In this document: in pieces, positions 12,253-23,700 of the stretch
Numbering within the stretch: position 1 is the stretch's first letter
Layout: each line of letters starts with the position of its first letter
Notes under the pieces: generated by a model
Database searches by the model: none
What the model saw: only the letters and a program-made list of their open reading frames with translations
Told to the model about the DNA's origin: nothing
NCBI GenBank assembly: GCA_001949185.1
Contig: BDGG01000006.1
Coordinates: 1,470,827 to 1,534,826 of the forward strand
From: Ramazzottius varieornatus
Lineage: Eukaryota; Animalia; Tardigrada
Direction: 5' to 3'
DNA length: 64,000 nt
Program-made: the position numbers and the translations under genes

Positions 12253-14182
12253 ATGGACGATGGAGGTCTTCGACGGCGGAAGGTGATGGACAGGTTTCAC
12301 GAAGCGTCTCCAAGCTCGGATACCGTGCAGAGAATCGCCAAGCTCGATGTCTTTCCCAAGGTTAGCTACTTTCTATCTCTTCAACCTGGTGCGTTCACGT
12401 GCTCTTTGCTTTCCCTGCAGATACCCTCCGACTTCAAGAAATCTACAAACTGCGGAGCATTTCGTAAGCGAAATTTCAAAATTTTGCTTCGCGGCCTCAT
12501 GTTTTTTTTCGTCACATTGCAGTAACGTTGTTATGCGTCGGTTTCATCGTCCTCATGGTTGTCGCCGAGTTTGTCCATTACCGATCCTCCGGTCTGGAGT
12601 TTTCCTACACTGTGGACAAAGATTTCAGCTCAAAGCTTCCGTTCGCAGTCGACATAACCATCGCTATGCCATGCGAAGGTATGATAAATTCGTTACGGCG
12701 CGCATGTCGTGTTATACGGTGGCATCCGATCGAAACCATGTTGCAGCTTTATTGTGGCGCACTTTATCGAAATCACATATGAAACACCAATGACGTGCGT
12801 TACTTGATCCGAGTTATCATGTCTCACGGGTTTCTCCGAATGTTAGCGATTGGTGCCGACATTGTGGATTTAGTCAATGAGAATATCAACGTTGAGGGCG
12901 GTCTGAACGAAGAGCCAGCTTACTTCGAGCTGTCGCCAGACGAGGAAAGGGAGTTTCAGCATCGGCGAATGCTGAACACTTACATCACCGAAGAGTACCA
13001 CGCACTACATCGACTTCTTTGGTCCACTGGCTACCGAAGCTCCAATGCGCAACCACATGCCAAGAAATTTGTCTGGAGAGGCAATGTGCCACCGGATGCT
13101 TGTCGCATTTACGGGCTGGTCCACGTGAATAAGATGGCGGGGAACTTTCACGTTCTCACCGGAAAGTAAGAATTCTTGATGTATCTTCCGGAGTTTTCAA
13201 AAGTGTGTTGATCTTCTTCTCTGTCAGAGCACTCCATGGAGCCGATATCCACGCTCACATCAGCCTTTTCGTCTCGGAAAGCGCGACGAACTTTTCGCAC
13301 AGAATAGACAGACTAGGCTTTGGTCTGTCTGACTACTCCATTGTGAATCCGCTGGACGCTGAACTGAAGATTACAGACAAGCGTCAGTGTTGCTTCGGAC
13401 ACCATGGGCATCATTCCTCACTGATCTTCAAAGCTCATGTGCTTTATCGTTACAGATTCCGTAAGTTACCAGTACAACCTCAAAGTCGTCCCGACGGAAG
13501 TAAGGATGCGTAGCGCTTCTGCCATGACTTACCAGTACGGTGTTCAAGCGACGGAACGTGCGTTGAACCATTCCACAGGATCACACGGTGTTCCTGGCAT
13601 TTTCGTCAAGGTACGACCCCGTTCCAGGACTAAGAACTCGGCTAACGAACTCGACATGATCGCTTTGTTGAGTGGCCAATAATTTCAGCCAGTAACATCG
13701 AGAATGTGCGCCACTTCGGAAAACAATCTTGTCGATTTAGCATTTTTCCCAAGTGGCGCACTCCATCAACCACTGGTACTGAAACCGTGCGCCACTTTGG
13801 ACAACAGCCCTGTTGAGAGTCGTTTGCCGATCGTCTTCTTAACTAAGTTACATTCAATCGGAAAACTACCGATGTTTTCTGGTTTTTTTAGTACGATATC
13901 AACCCGCTGAAGATCGTGGTAACAGAACAGCCCGTTCCAGTGGTCCACTTCTTGGTCCGTATCTGTGGAGTGGTTGGTGGTATCTTCGCCACAACCGGCA
14001 TCATCAGTTCGCTCGTCAATATGGTCATGCAGCGAGTCTTCGGTCGGCAGGCCGACAAGAAGCTCCCTGTTTACCAGACGAGTCAGGAATCCGTACAGAA
14101 GTCTCCTGTCAGTCCTGCTGCTCCTCCCAACGCCCTCTTTGCTCATTTGACTCTTACCGACGGCCACACTGGTCTTCGTTGA
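12253..14182 (+). CDS. ERGIC2: ER-Golgi intermediate compartment protein 2 (Erv41 family)
   Basis: KLDVFPK, YTVDKDFSSKL..DITIAMPC, IGADIVDL, DACRIYG..VNKMAGNFHV, NFSHRIDRLGFG, GSHGVPGIFVKYD, FLVRICGVVGGIFAT. Confidence 0.9.
12750..12807. mobile_element. Degenerate AAGTGGCGCA element core, ERGIC2 intron
   Basis: GTGGCGCA-34 nt-TGCGTTACTTG. Confidence 0.45.
13634..13853. mobile_element. AAGTGGCGCA palindromic element, dimer, ERGIC2 last intron
   Basis: Two cores at ~13672 and ~13753, both with 27-nt spacers. Confidence 0.82.
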
Positions 14183-14542
14183 GCAAACTCGAAATCTGTG
14201 GCAGTTTCATTTATGAACTTTTTTGTACAATTTAAAATAATATATCAGTCTGACTTGTTCTCACATGACTGTTTTCACTACGTTTCTTGATATCTTTCTT
14301 TTTTCCGGTTTTTGCTTGCAGAAGTATTTTGCTTTTTATCGTCACTGAGAATACCACACCAAATTCATCATAGCTGAAGATATTTTTCTACTGTGGTTGA
14401 AAATAAGTCAGATGACGGCCAAATTCAGAAGAATTGTCAGACAATAAAAATCTACGCAGTAAACATGCGAAAGCAACCGTGCTCAGAACAGTATCGTGAT
14501 TCGTTAGAAGTAGAAAGAGGACAGTAAAACGTACCGTCCTGC

Positions 14543-16407
14543 TCATCGCACGTTAGACCGAACGTCCGCAGATTCTATTCCGCCTCCGCCAAGGCGGTTC
14601 TCAGCTTCCACTCTGCCCAGCTCATGTTCCGAGCCCTCGTAGGACGGAGACCTGTTGACGCTCGTGAAGAAGACTCCAAAGGTGAGGAGCATCACCAAAA
14701 TGACTAGAACGCTGATGAAGAGCCGACGCATGCCAGCCTTCGCATCGTTAGCATTCGGCCTTGGCAAGTATGCCCTGCGGGAAGAAAGAACAATACGAAT
14801 TTCCACTTCCTACATCAACTCCAGTGGAAGCTCCGCAAACGAACTCGGCAAGATCGTTTTTCCAGGTGACGCACGTTTTCGATATTTATGACCGGAAGCG
14901 TGCGCCAGCCAGAGAAGTGATCGAGTCGAGCTCGTTCTGCGAACTCCCAAGTAACTTGAAAGTTACCTTATCAGTCTAGAAAACCATTCACCGAAAGGCT
15001 TCCTCCGGTACTTGATGTCACTGTGATCAGAATCCAACGAGGCGAACTCTTTCTTCTTCGGACCCGCAGCGGCCATCTTCGAGCCATATGCCGAAGCTAC
15101 ATCTCCTCCTCGCCTTAGTGGCTCACCTGTCAAACCAAGTATGCCTTCGAAACCCCAGAAACAACAGGGATGTGCTCTTACGTTCTGAGTGAGCTTGCAG
15201 GTGAGCGTCTTCACCACGTTCGTCGAACAAGATGGTCGTTTCGCGGTTGGCCTGACTTCCTCCGTTAGAAGTTCCATGCTGACCCGGTGCGAAGGATGCC
15301 GAAGGTTCGCCATGCTCGTGAGCGTGGCTAACGAAAGATGATATGTTTGGCGAACCGTCTTCGTTGAACTGGAGCAAAACATTCCAAAAATGTTATAACC
15401 CGAGGTAACTTCGCGCAAACTTAACCACAGAAATATCCTATCAATGTGGCGCACTGCGGCTGTACATTCAGGTACGACTGTGCGCCGCTAAACGAAGCAG
15501 ACGTTTGGTTAAGACCAAGTAGCGTACATCCATGGTATCAGTTCGTCAGAAACGCGCCGCATTGTCGGCATTCTTCTTGGCCAGAGTTCCATTCTTAATT
15601 TCTTACCGATGGTAGACCCAACCCAGCGCGACCCCAGTCCACGGTTTCAAGATGCTTCCTTAATGCGTCAGCCACAGGTGTGGCCATGTTACCGTTAGGA
15701 AAGATACCGTGGGCGCAGGTCGGGCACTTGTACCCCGCTGGAGCTGTGTTGGATGGCAGCTGCGACGCATATCTGGAAAGAAAACGTTTGTAAACTCCTG
15801 TTTTCACGAGAGTGATTCGTTAAATTTCTAGTTATTTCGATTAGGATTCTCACACACATACCTGTTGAGGCAAGACCAGTGAAACACATCTGCAAACCAC
15901 CAAAAACGTGATTATTCCGAACCGGAAGTATCGAATTCAGGTTCGTTTCTTATCGCGTGTAACAACAGTCCAGCTTGAAAATTCTTCTGAACTACGCATC
16001 AAGATGACTTACGGTAGCACACGAGTCGCGACTAAAACAGAAAAGGAAAATAAGCCATGTTTTCAGAAAAACCTTGACACAAAGACCATTTGAAATAAAT
16101 ATCTGATATAGAACCGATTATCAACAATCAACGTACGCATTCGCCTTCGATGAGTGCTCGCTGGCAGAATGGGCAATTGGGATCGTAGTCGCTGTCTTCC
16201 AGCCAGTTCAGGTACGATTTGATAACGCACTGAAAGGAAACACAATTCCTTCAGTGTCCTGTAATGAATTATCTACAGGATGTATACCAGGCAGCTTCAA
16301 CTTACCTTGGAATGATCACGAACGAGGCAGTCTTCGCAGACATTGACGTGGTGCTCAAAGCAAAACAAGTTGGTCATACGCTTCCTCGCACACTTGCACA
16401 GTCCCAT
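14543..16407 (-). CDS. ZFPL1: Zinc finger protein-like 1 (cis-Golgi)
   Basis: [59 protein letters not shown] and a C-terminal TM helix. Confidence 0.92.
14829..14946. mobile_element. AAGTGGCGCA palindromic element, ZFPL1 last intron
   Basis: AGCTCCGCAAACGAACTCGGCAAGATC..CAGGTGACGCA-27 nt-TGCGCCA..GAGCTCGTT..GAACTC. Confidence 0.82.
15442..15495. mobile_element. AAGTGGCGCA element core, ZFPL1 intron
   Basis: GTGGCGCA-27 nt-TGCGCCGC. Confidence 0.6.
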
Positions 16408-17377
16408 CTTCCGTGGCAAACCTTCTTCCTGTCCTCGACTCTCAAAACTCGGCAATTTACTAGGAATCCAGACGGTACCTAGGCAAGAGGAATGATTTAT
16501 CCGCGAAAAAAATCTCGTGGCAGATTTTGTTTTGGATGAGATCGTGACGTCAGAGTGCGTCAGAACAACTGGCTGCTTCGCTGCTCGTTCGCTGCCGCGC
16601 TGAGACCCCCCGGGGCCATAGCACGCACTATGGTGACATCATTTAGCGGTGACGTACAGCACACGTGGCTCGCAAGACGTACGCTATCCACTGATTGACT
16701 GATCGAGCACCCAACTGGCGGACCCGGAAGTTCGCTCCGGTCCGAGGTATCCCTCGCCTGCAACGGCCTTCCTATTCCGGCGGCAACACTGAGCGGAAGT
16801 ACAGCCTGTACGGATGCTCGATGACTGCGAGAAACCAACAGTGGGAATTTATAACAGGAACAAGATGGCTAAACATACAAAAAATGGGGAAGGCAACAGC
16901 ACAGGATAACGAAGCGAATAGTTCTTCCAACATTCGAACAAGACACAAAAATGATAAGACGAATGGATGACAAAGAATGAAGTTTTCACATCGGAGTTAT
17001 ATCAGAAAGCAAGAGAAAGAACAGTTTTCGGCCGTATCAGAATGAACATTACAGTGTACAATCTCGATAATATTGTCGAGTTAGTCATACGAGAACATTC
17101 TACAACAATAATTTTAGTAAACCTTACTACAAAAAGGCCATCCGATCATATTTGTTCAATCCTTCTTCCCCGAGTCGATCGACAGAACATGATATAAATA
17201 TGAAAGCAATTAAAATTAACAGCCTTCCAAGATCACCGTTAAAGGCAGAAATGCACAGAGAAGTATCTTCTTTGCACCGTTTTCATCTCAACGGAATCAA
17301 ATTCGAAGTTCTGAAAGCAAAGAAAAACCATAAACATTTCAACAACATCAAAATTTTACGAGTCCTTCCAAGTTCTT

Positions 17378-19450
17378 TCACGCCACTTGTTGAAGAAGTC
17401 CAGCATTCAGTGTGGCTTCCTTGATCTTCATCATCTTCATCAAGTCCTCCGACAGTTCACTGCTGACTTCACTGCCGTCGATGGATACCTCCTCCTCGTC
17501 TTCTTCCTCTTCACCCAGTGCGTCTTCTCCTGTGCCTGACTCTCCTTCATCGTCAAACTGTGACGAGTCCGTCTGTTCGTACATGCGAGCAAAGTCTTCG
17601 GGAGTGAAGCCCCACAGACTGCCGATGTAATACGACACCGACTCGCTTGCACTGTCGTCTTCCAGCGGCCAAGAAGAGCCATTCTCCTTCGGCCGAATCA
17701 TGTGTCCTTCCGCGTTGTTCAGCACTTCCACCACAGTACTGTTCACCACAGCCTAAGAAAGATATTACGCTTCAAAATTTCCTGCGATATTTCTGCGCTC
17801 GGCAAACAAACTCGATAGAAGTGGGCCCCAAGCGGCGCACGTTCTCCGTATTGCTGCCTGCAGGTGCGCCACTTGACGCAACGATCTTGTCGAGTCAGCT
17901 TATTTTCCCATGTGGCCCAAGTTATCGGTATATTTGGTTTGAAACGGTGCGCCGTTCGCAAATAAAATTTTGTCGAATTTATGACTGTTTATCGGTTTTC
18001 CCATGTGACGCGTTTTTTCAGTATTACCGTAATAAGCAAACTTGGAAAAACGATCTTGTATCCTACCTCAAGGATGATTTGGTAGTTGTCAGTTAGAGCT
18101 GCTACACGTTGGAAACTCGCCACCAAACTGAGCATGACCGACCCATCCGCAGCCATCATTCTCCGGAGGAAGAAATCCTTCTCAAGGTTGTCCGGACTGA
18201 AGTAGTATTCACTGCAATGGAAGGGAAAACGTGCCAGCAAATCGAACGAAACCGGTAGCTCTGTCCAGACTTACATTTGGTGTCTGATCGTCCTTCTGAG
18301 TTCCAGGGCGTCTACAGGAGCAGGAGCCTTGGAGGTAGTACTTTGAGCATCATAGTTGTAATCTCCGTCCAGGACAGTGCCAGCGGGGACCTCGTTGTAG
18401 TATCCGAACTCGTTCTGAGTAGCAAATTCATTGGTCAACTGGAAGTAGTCCTGTGAGTATCCTTCCATGCCGTTCTCCTGAGGGTACCACTGATGCACTC
18501 GACCATTGTCCCAGTTGTTGTATCCATTATCGTAGTAGTTATCCTCTTCGTAGTCGTCGTAATAGCTGGAATCATCTGGACAGTATGGATAGTCTGCGAA
18601 AGACAAAAATAGGAGTCGGTAAATTTAGTCCGGGGCAAGTTCGACGTCCACAACGCGAAACCCGGCCGAAACAAACGGCTACGCTACCCAACGCATGAAA
18701 TCGACTAAGCGTAAATTATCGCCCTGCCCTATAAAACAGTCAACGAGCACAGCTCGGTCAAAATAACCGGAAACCTGACACTGTACAGAAAGCTGGGCAA
18801 ATCGGCAAAAAAGCTGCGTTTTTGGTTTTGTTTCATTGTTTCAAAAGCCAGAAGCATGAAACTGAGCTTACGAGACTTCTTTTATGAATAACTAAGGAAT
18901 TCACGGAAAAATGAACAGGAGAGTTTCGTGAAGCAAAGAAGGGTTTACTTGATCTGGAGGAAGGAGGATATTCCATCGGTCCTCTCCTCCAGTTGAACTT
19001 TTGCTTCTTCCTCTGCCAGTTCGGAAGCGCCATGGAAGGTCCATCGTAATAGCTGTCTTTAGAGAACTGTGGCGTCGACTGACGTGGACAGTAATAATCT
19101 TGCTGAGCAGGTGCATCGCCACGTTGATTCCTACAGCCTGCGTTATGATGATACTCAGCTGCTTTCACCGTCCACAGCGGTGCTCTTCCAGTGTTTCCAG
19201 CTGCAGTGTTCATTTGTGAAGCGGGACGCGTTGCAGGAAGAGAAACGGAGGCATCGGATGGTCCAGGAGAGGAGGCAGTAGAGACATCGAGAGGAGCAAT
19301 AGCGCTGACGGGTAAAACGGGATCGTTCAATGAATCAACCTTTCCCAATGATGGCCATTGTCGAGGATCGTGCAGTGAAGCGGTATATGCTTGCCGATCT
19401 TTACGCTGCATGGTGTTGAGAGGATAAACGGGTCGATTGGTGACCGCCAT
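17378..19450 (-). CDS. LARP1-like La-motif RNA-binding protein, ~446 aa, no DM15 domain
   Basis: [42 protein letters not shown] and WPSLG motif. Exons 19450-18949, 18593-18275, 18211-18067, 17752-17378. Confidence 0.8.
17795..17985. mobile_element. AAGTGGCGCA palindromic element, dimer, LARP intron 3
   Basis: GCTCGGCAAACAAACTCG; cores at ~17831 (25-nt spacer) and ~17911 (28-nt spacer). Confidence 0.8.
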
Positions 19451-20186
19451 CAAGCTCGAACGCAAAAAGGGGTATTGCGGGATGTAAAGGAATTTATTGT
19501 TTTTTGCGGGATGTACCGGCGAGAAGAGAGCGCAAATTCCAGAAAATGGTACTGAGCTGCGGTGTGTTGTGTTGCAATCGAGCCAACGTGGGCAACGTGG
19601 CGCAATCTACTCACCGCTACGTGGTAGACCTCACTCGACTCACGTGACGTCTGTCAACGACTAAAAAGCACACGTGGAAACGTCTTTGACGACAAAGCGG
19701 AATGGGCTGTGCCTGCTCGCAGGGCGACTCAACTCGAGGTTGAAACCTGAAGAAGCCGGGCCGGCTGAGAAGGAACGTCGAGTAGCTCAGACGGAACTGG
19801 CTACCTTGCACAATCAGGTAATCGCTGATGTAATGCCACCCCAGCAAAAGGGAGCACGTATGCCTGGTAGAAACGCGACAACAGTTGCTTTTTGTGCGAG
19901 AACGCTGTTGTTTACGAGTTTAGAGTCCGTGTTTTTTTAACGACAGACGAGATGAGAATCGCGCAAACAGAATGTAGGGCGCCACTTCCACTGTAGCGCT
20001 TCCACAGGACAACTCCAGGTGGAACTCCAATTGCTGGTGGAAGTGCCGGGCAACTCCTCGTGACGTCATGGATCTGTGATTGTTGTGGTTTGGTCAGGCA
20101 AAAACTCTTTTCGCAGTTCCGAATGTTCTTGTTGGCTGTTTCTTTTCTGGCCTCTTGTGTTCGGTTGTTGCAGGGGGTTGGCGTGG
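19451..20186. promoter_or_regulatory. Bidirectional promoter region LARP/MAU2 with E-box and CRE motifs
   Basis: Divergent genes. CACGTG near 19641 and 19671, TGACGTCA near 20061. Confidence 0.35.
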
Positions 20187-23100
20187 ATGGACGGCACGCA
20201 CGGACAGTACGCGCAACCATCAGGCTGGCAGGATCCAGGCTCGATATGGACGGACGCGCGACATTACGAACTGTATCTGGCCCTCCTCGGACTGGCAGAA
20301 AGTTTCAGAAGTCAAGGACAACCTGAAGCAGCCTACACATGCCTGGTTGCCATCACGGGATTGGCGGTTCCTTACAACATCAACGCCCGGATCCACTGCG
20401 AAATCGGGAAACTCCTGCTTAGGCAGAGTAGCAGTGTGGACGTCGCCAAGCAGTATTTAAGCCAGGCCGTAAGTATTTGATTGCTTCAACCATACGCGAG
20501 TTTGTTGGTTCTGTGCTCCCATCAACTCGCGCACGACGTTTCAGATGTTCAATTCGTAAAGAGTGGTCTCACGATTTGGGTGCGCGAATCGTTCGGGGCC
20601 GATTAAACACGGCTGTTTCAATGATGTTTACGGTCTGTACAGTACTGTGTAACTCTTTTTCTCTTTCTTTCAGTACCAGCAAACTCAGAATGTGAGTATA
20701 AACCATCCTTTGTCTTTTAACGTTTGTTCGGGACTGTGTTATTCTTTGTTGACGATTTTGCAGGCTCAGCCAAGTAGCGCTCTGGAGAACATCAAACTTG
20801 ACGCTGCTTCCTGTCTGGCAGAACTGTGTATCCTCCAGGTAGAACCTATTCTGATGTCGATTTACGATCCTCAAAGTAGTATATACAGACGATATGATTT
20901 CTTCCACAGGGTAATACTCAGCAAGCGAGAAATATTCTGCATGGTGCCATCGAGCAGTCGCAGCATTCGCCTTACTGGCAATGCAACTTCATCCTCCAAC
21001 TCGCCGTACGTAGCCTCAAGCATCCCTTTGTCGTTTTTCTGCTCCCTTTGAAGTCGTTCTCTATGAAATTTCCGTTTTCAGAAAGTCTTTCTTCACGGAC
21101 AAGATTTCACTGTGGCCTCACAAATTATCGCATTGGGCGAGTCCTTCTCGCTGCGGCATCAAGCGCAGTACCTTAACATACTCTTCCAGCTTACGCGCGC
21201 CCAAGTAAGCCCACTTTAATCCGTTTCTCATGTCGGACCGTTGACTGAAGCTTTTTTGTTATTTGACCGTACGTCATGTTAGCCAACGAACTCGACCAGA
21301 TCGCTGTTTCAAGTCGCGCGCGTTTGCATCATCATTATTATTGGCCGGAACCATGCGTCACTTGGGGAGAACGATCTGATCCAGTTTGTCTACCGAGCTC
21401 CCATCTGACTTTTCCCATTCAGTGTAATGACATTTTTTAGCTTTCGCTGCGGCAAAAGCAAATTCAGACAGCTTCCGTCCTCCTCACCGAAATCCAGACT
21501 TCACTCAGCAACCCTGCTTTAGTGGTTTCTCCTCTTCAAAGAGAAGAACTGCGTTTCTATCAGCTATCCTTGGACTGCTTATGGAGGCTAGCGTTGGGTA
21601 AAGTCAAGTCGGTCCGACCGTACATCCAGAGTCTCCAAACAACCCTGGAAACAATGGGTCAACTGCGGACCGCCGCGTCCTCCAACCCATTCACGTTCCA
21701 CCCGCTGGAAAAGTTCTGCTTCGTCCCGGCAGACATCTTCCCTGCGCTCACCTTCGCCCGTAATTTCAGACTTTCGAACAAAACCTCATAGAACTAGGAC
21801 TGTTTGCAAATTTTTCTCGGATTTTTGTTGGAATAATATTCTTCACCGAATAAAATTCATTATTTTCTTTACAGTGTCCGCCCAGTTTTTCGGCATGATC
21901 GGACACCACGACAAACTTGACCGTCTCTTTCAGCGAAGTGTTCCCTATCTGAACAGCCTGGATGCGCTACAGCAAACACCATTACAGAGCGCGTTGAGGA
22001 CGGCCATGTACCAGCAGGTGATACCGGCCAGCTTGACCAGTGGACGGAGCAATCAAGCGCTCAACGAGGTCTCCCAATACGTGACGGCATGGTATGTAGG
22101 GCGACAGTAGTTTGAAGCTCGTCAGTTAAACTCGACCAGGCTGGTTCGCAAGTGGCGCACGCTTCCAGCCATAATACGTGCGCTACTTGGAAAAATGATT
22201 TGGCCGAGATTGTTTGCCGAGCTCGCAGTCTTCTTACAGGTTGGCTTCTTTACATGTTTGTTCTGTTTCATAGTGCGAAGGATCCGAAGTTGTTGGCAGC
22301 TCACAAAGGCCAGATACACGTCCTGTTAGGTCTGTGCGCCATGCAGTTCGGGTACTTGGAAGTAGCTGAGTCTCAACTGAACATGGCTTACCGGTAAGGA
22401 ACTTCTAAAATTCCTGGAGAACCCAGCTTTATTTCTTACAGAGCCTTGAGGCGAAAGTAAAGGTGTCTCTAGGTCTTCGTCGTCGAATGAAATGTTGATA
22501 AGTGTCAACCTCAACTTGGCCATGCTGTACTTCCGGGCGCAGCGTTTCCAGGACCTTCTGGTTGTCGCTCAAAGAATCCGCCCGGAAGTGGTCACTACCG
22601 AGAACGCCGGACTACGATGTGCAGTGGCGGTTCTTCAGGGCTTTGTCGCCTTCATCGAGGTAGCGCAAAGATTAGAGTGAATTTCTTGTTGGATCGCGCA
22701 TTGCGAAAGTGTTATGAACGCAGTAGAAAACTGGCGCGATTAGTCAAGGTAGCAGATGGCTTGACTTAAGGTCTGCCGCCAGCCGGACGAAAATAACGCA
22801 ACTGTAAAGACGTAATAATGGTGTTAGTTGGTTTTTACTTGATCTTACAGCGTCGTGGAATGGACGCAAAGATGCTACTGAGGAACAGTTTACAAATCAG
22901 CAACGAGGAAGACTTGAACCAACTGATGGCCGTTTCCTTGATGCTGATGGCCAAGAACTGCTCAGCACTCGGTGAATACCATGACGTGGTCAAGGTGGCC
23001 AAAACGGCCTACGACCTGGCTGAAAAGATACCCGACCAGACCATTCAGATGTCCGCCTTGACTTCTCTTTCCGGTACGGAGAACTTTCTCTGCTGACTAG

Positions 23101-23303
23101 ACTAGCATGAACAAATTTTTGTTGCTCACGTTTTATTTTTCTTTGTAGAAGTTTACGGGATGTTAGGAGACTTTGCGAGCCAGTCAAGTGCCGTGGCCAT
23201 CCTGAACAGGTTCACGCAGAAGGACAACCAGGAAATGCTGTTGGTCCAACAGAGTCCCAATCTCAACATTCTGCAGTGGACGGAGGAGACTGTGAGTCGA
23301 TGA
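20187..23303 (+). CDS. MAU2: MAU2/SCC4 cohesin loader subunit
   Basis: LYLALLGLAESFRS, ARIHCEIGKLL, IKLDAASCLAEL, QIHVLLGLCAM, NLNLAMLY, LQISNEEDLNQL, AEKIPDQTIQM. Exact start and last exon uncertain. Confidence 0.88.
21281..21400. mobile_element. AAGTGGCGCA palindromic element, MAU2 intron
   Basis: AAGTCGCGCG-33 nt (ATC/ATT expansion)-TGCGTCACTTGG..CCGAGCTC. Confidence 0.75.
22117..22225. mobile_element. AAGTGGCGCA palindromic element, MAU2 intron
   Basis: AAGTGGCGCA-19 nt-TGCGCTACTTGG..GTTTGCCGAGCTC. Confidence 0.8.
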
Positions 23304-23592
23304 ACATAGTGGCTTTGCCTTTTCTATGCTTTTTCGAAATTCATTTGACTTTTGTACATACTTCCGCTTTGAAACGGTTTACCTCATTGAATGTTCTTGG
23401 ATTTATCTTACTTGTTTACAGTCTGTTTGTGATTTTGGTAGTACGTGCACAACTTGCGAACTTCAGACCCGAATCTCTTGATTTGGTTTTTTTAATTTTG
23501 TTTGTTAGCTTAAGACTCGAGATCTTCCGTGAAAGTATTTTTCGTTGAATGCTGTTTTCCACATGAAAATGCTGTTCTTTAGCCGTATTCCG

Positions 23593-23700
23593 GAGCTCGC
23601 CAAACAGTCTCGACAAAATTTGCTTTCCCAAGTGGCGTATGCTTTCAGTATTATCGGCCGAAAGCGTGCGCCGCTTGGAAAAACGGTTCTGCCTAGGTTC
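23593..23700. mobile_element. AAGTGGCGCA palindromic element, downstream of MAU2
   Basis: GAGCTCGCCAAAC..CCAAGTGGCGTA-27 nt-TGCGCCGCTTGG. Confidence 0.8.

Noticed and set aside
16600-16830. RNase MRP/P or HDV-like ribozyme identity
   Set aside because: Only fragments match (CTCAGCGCGGC, GGAAGGCC, TCCCTCGC); the required P4 or pseudoknot pairings were not found.
9301-18066. Introner (intron-generating element) interpretation of the palindrome
   Set aside because: Element ends do not coincide with splice sites. Copies lie inside introns with unrelated donor/acceptor flanks and also occur outside genes.
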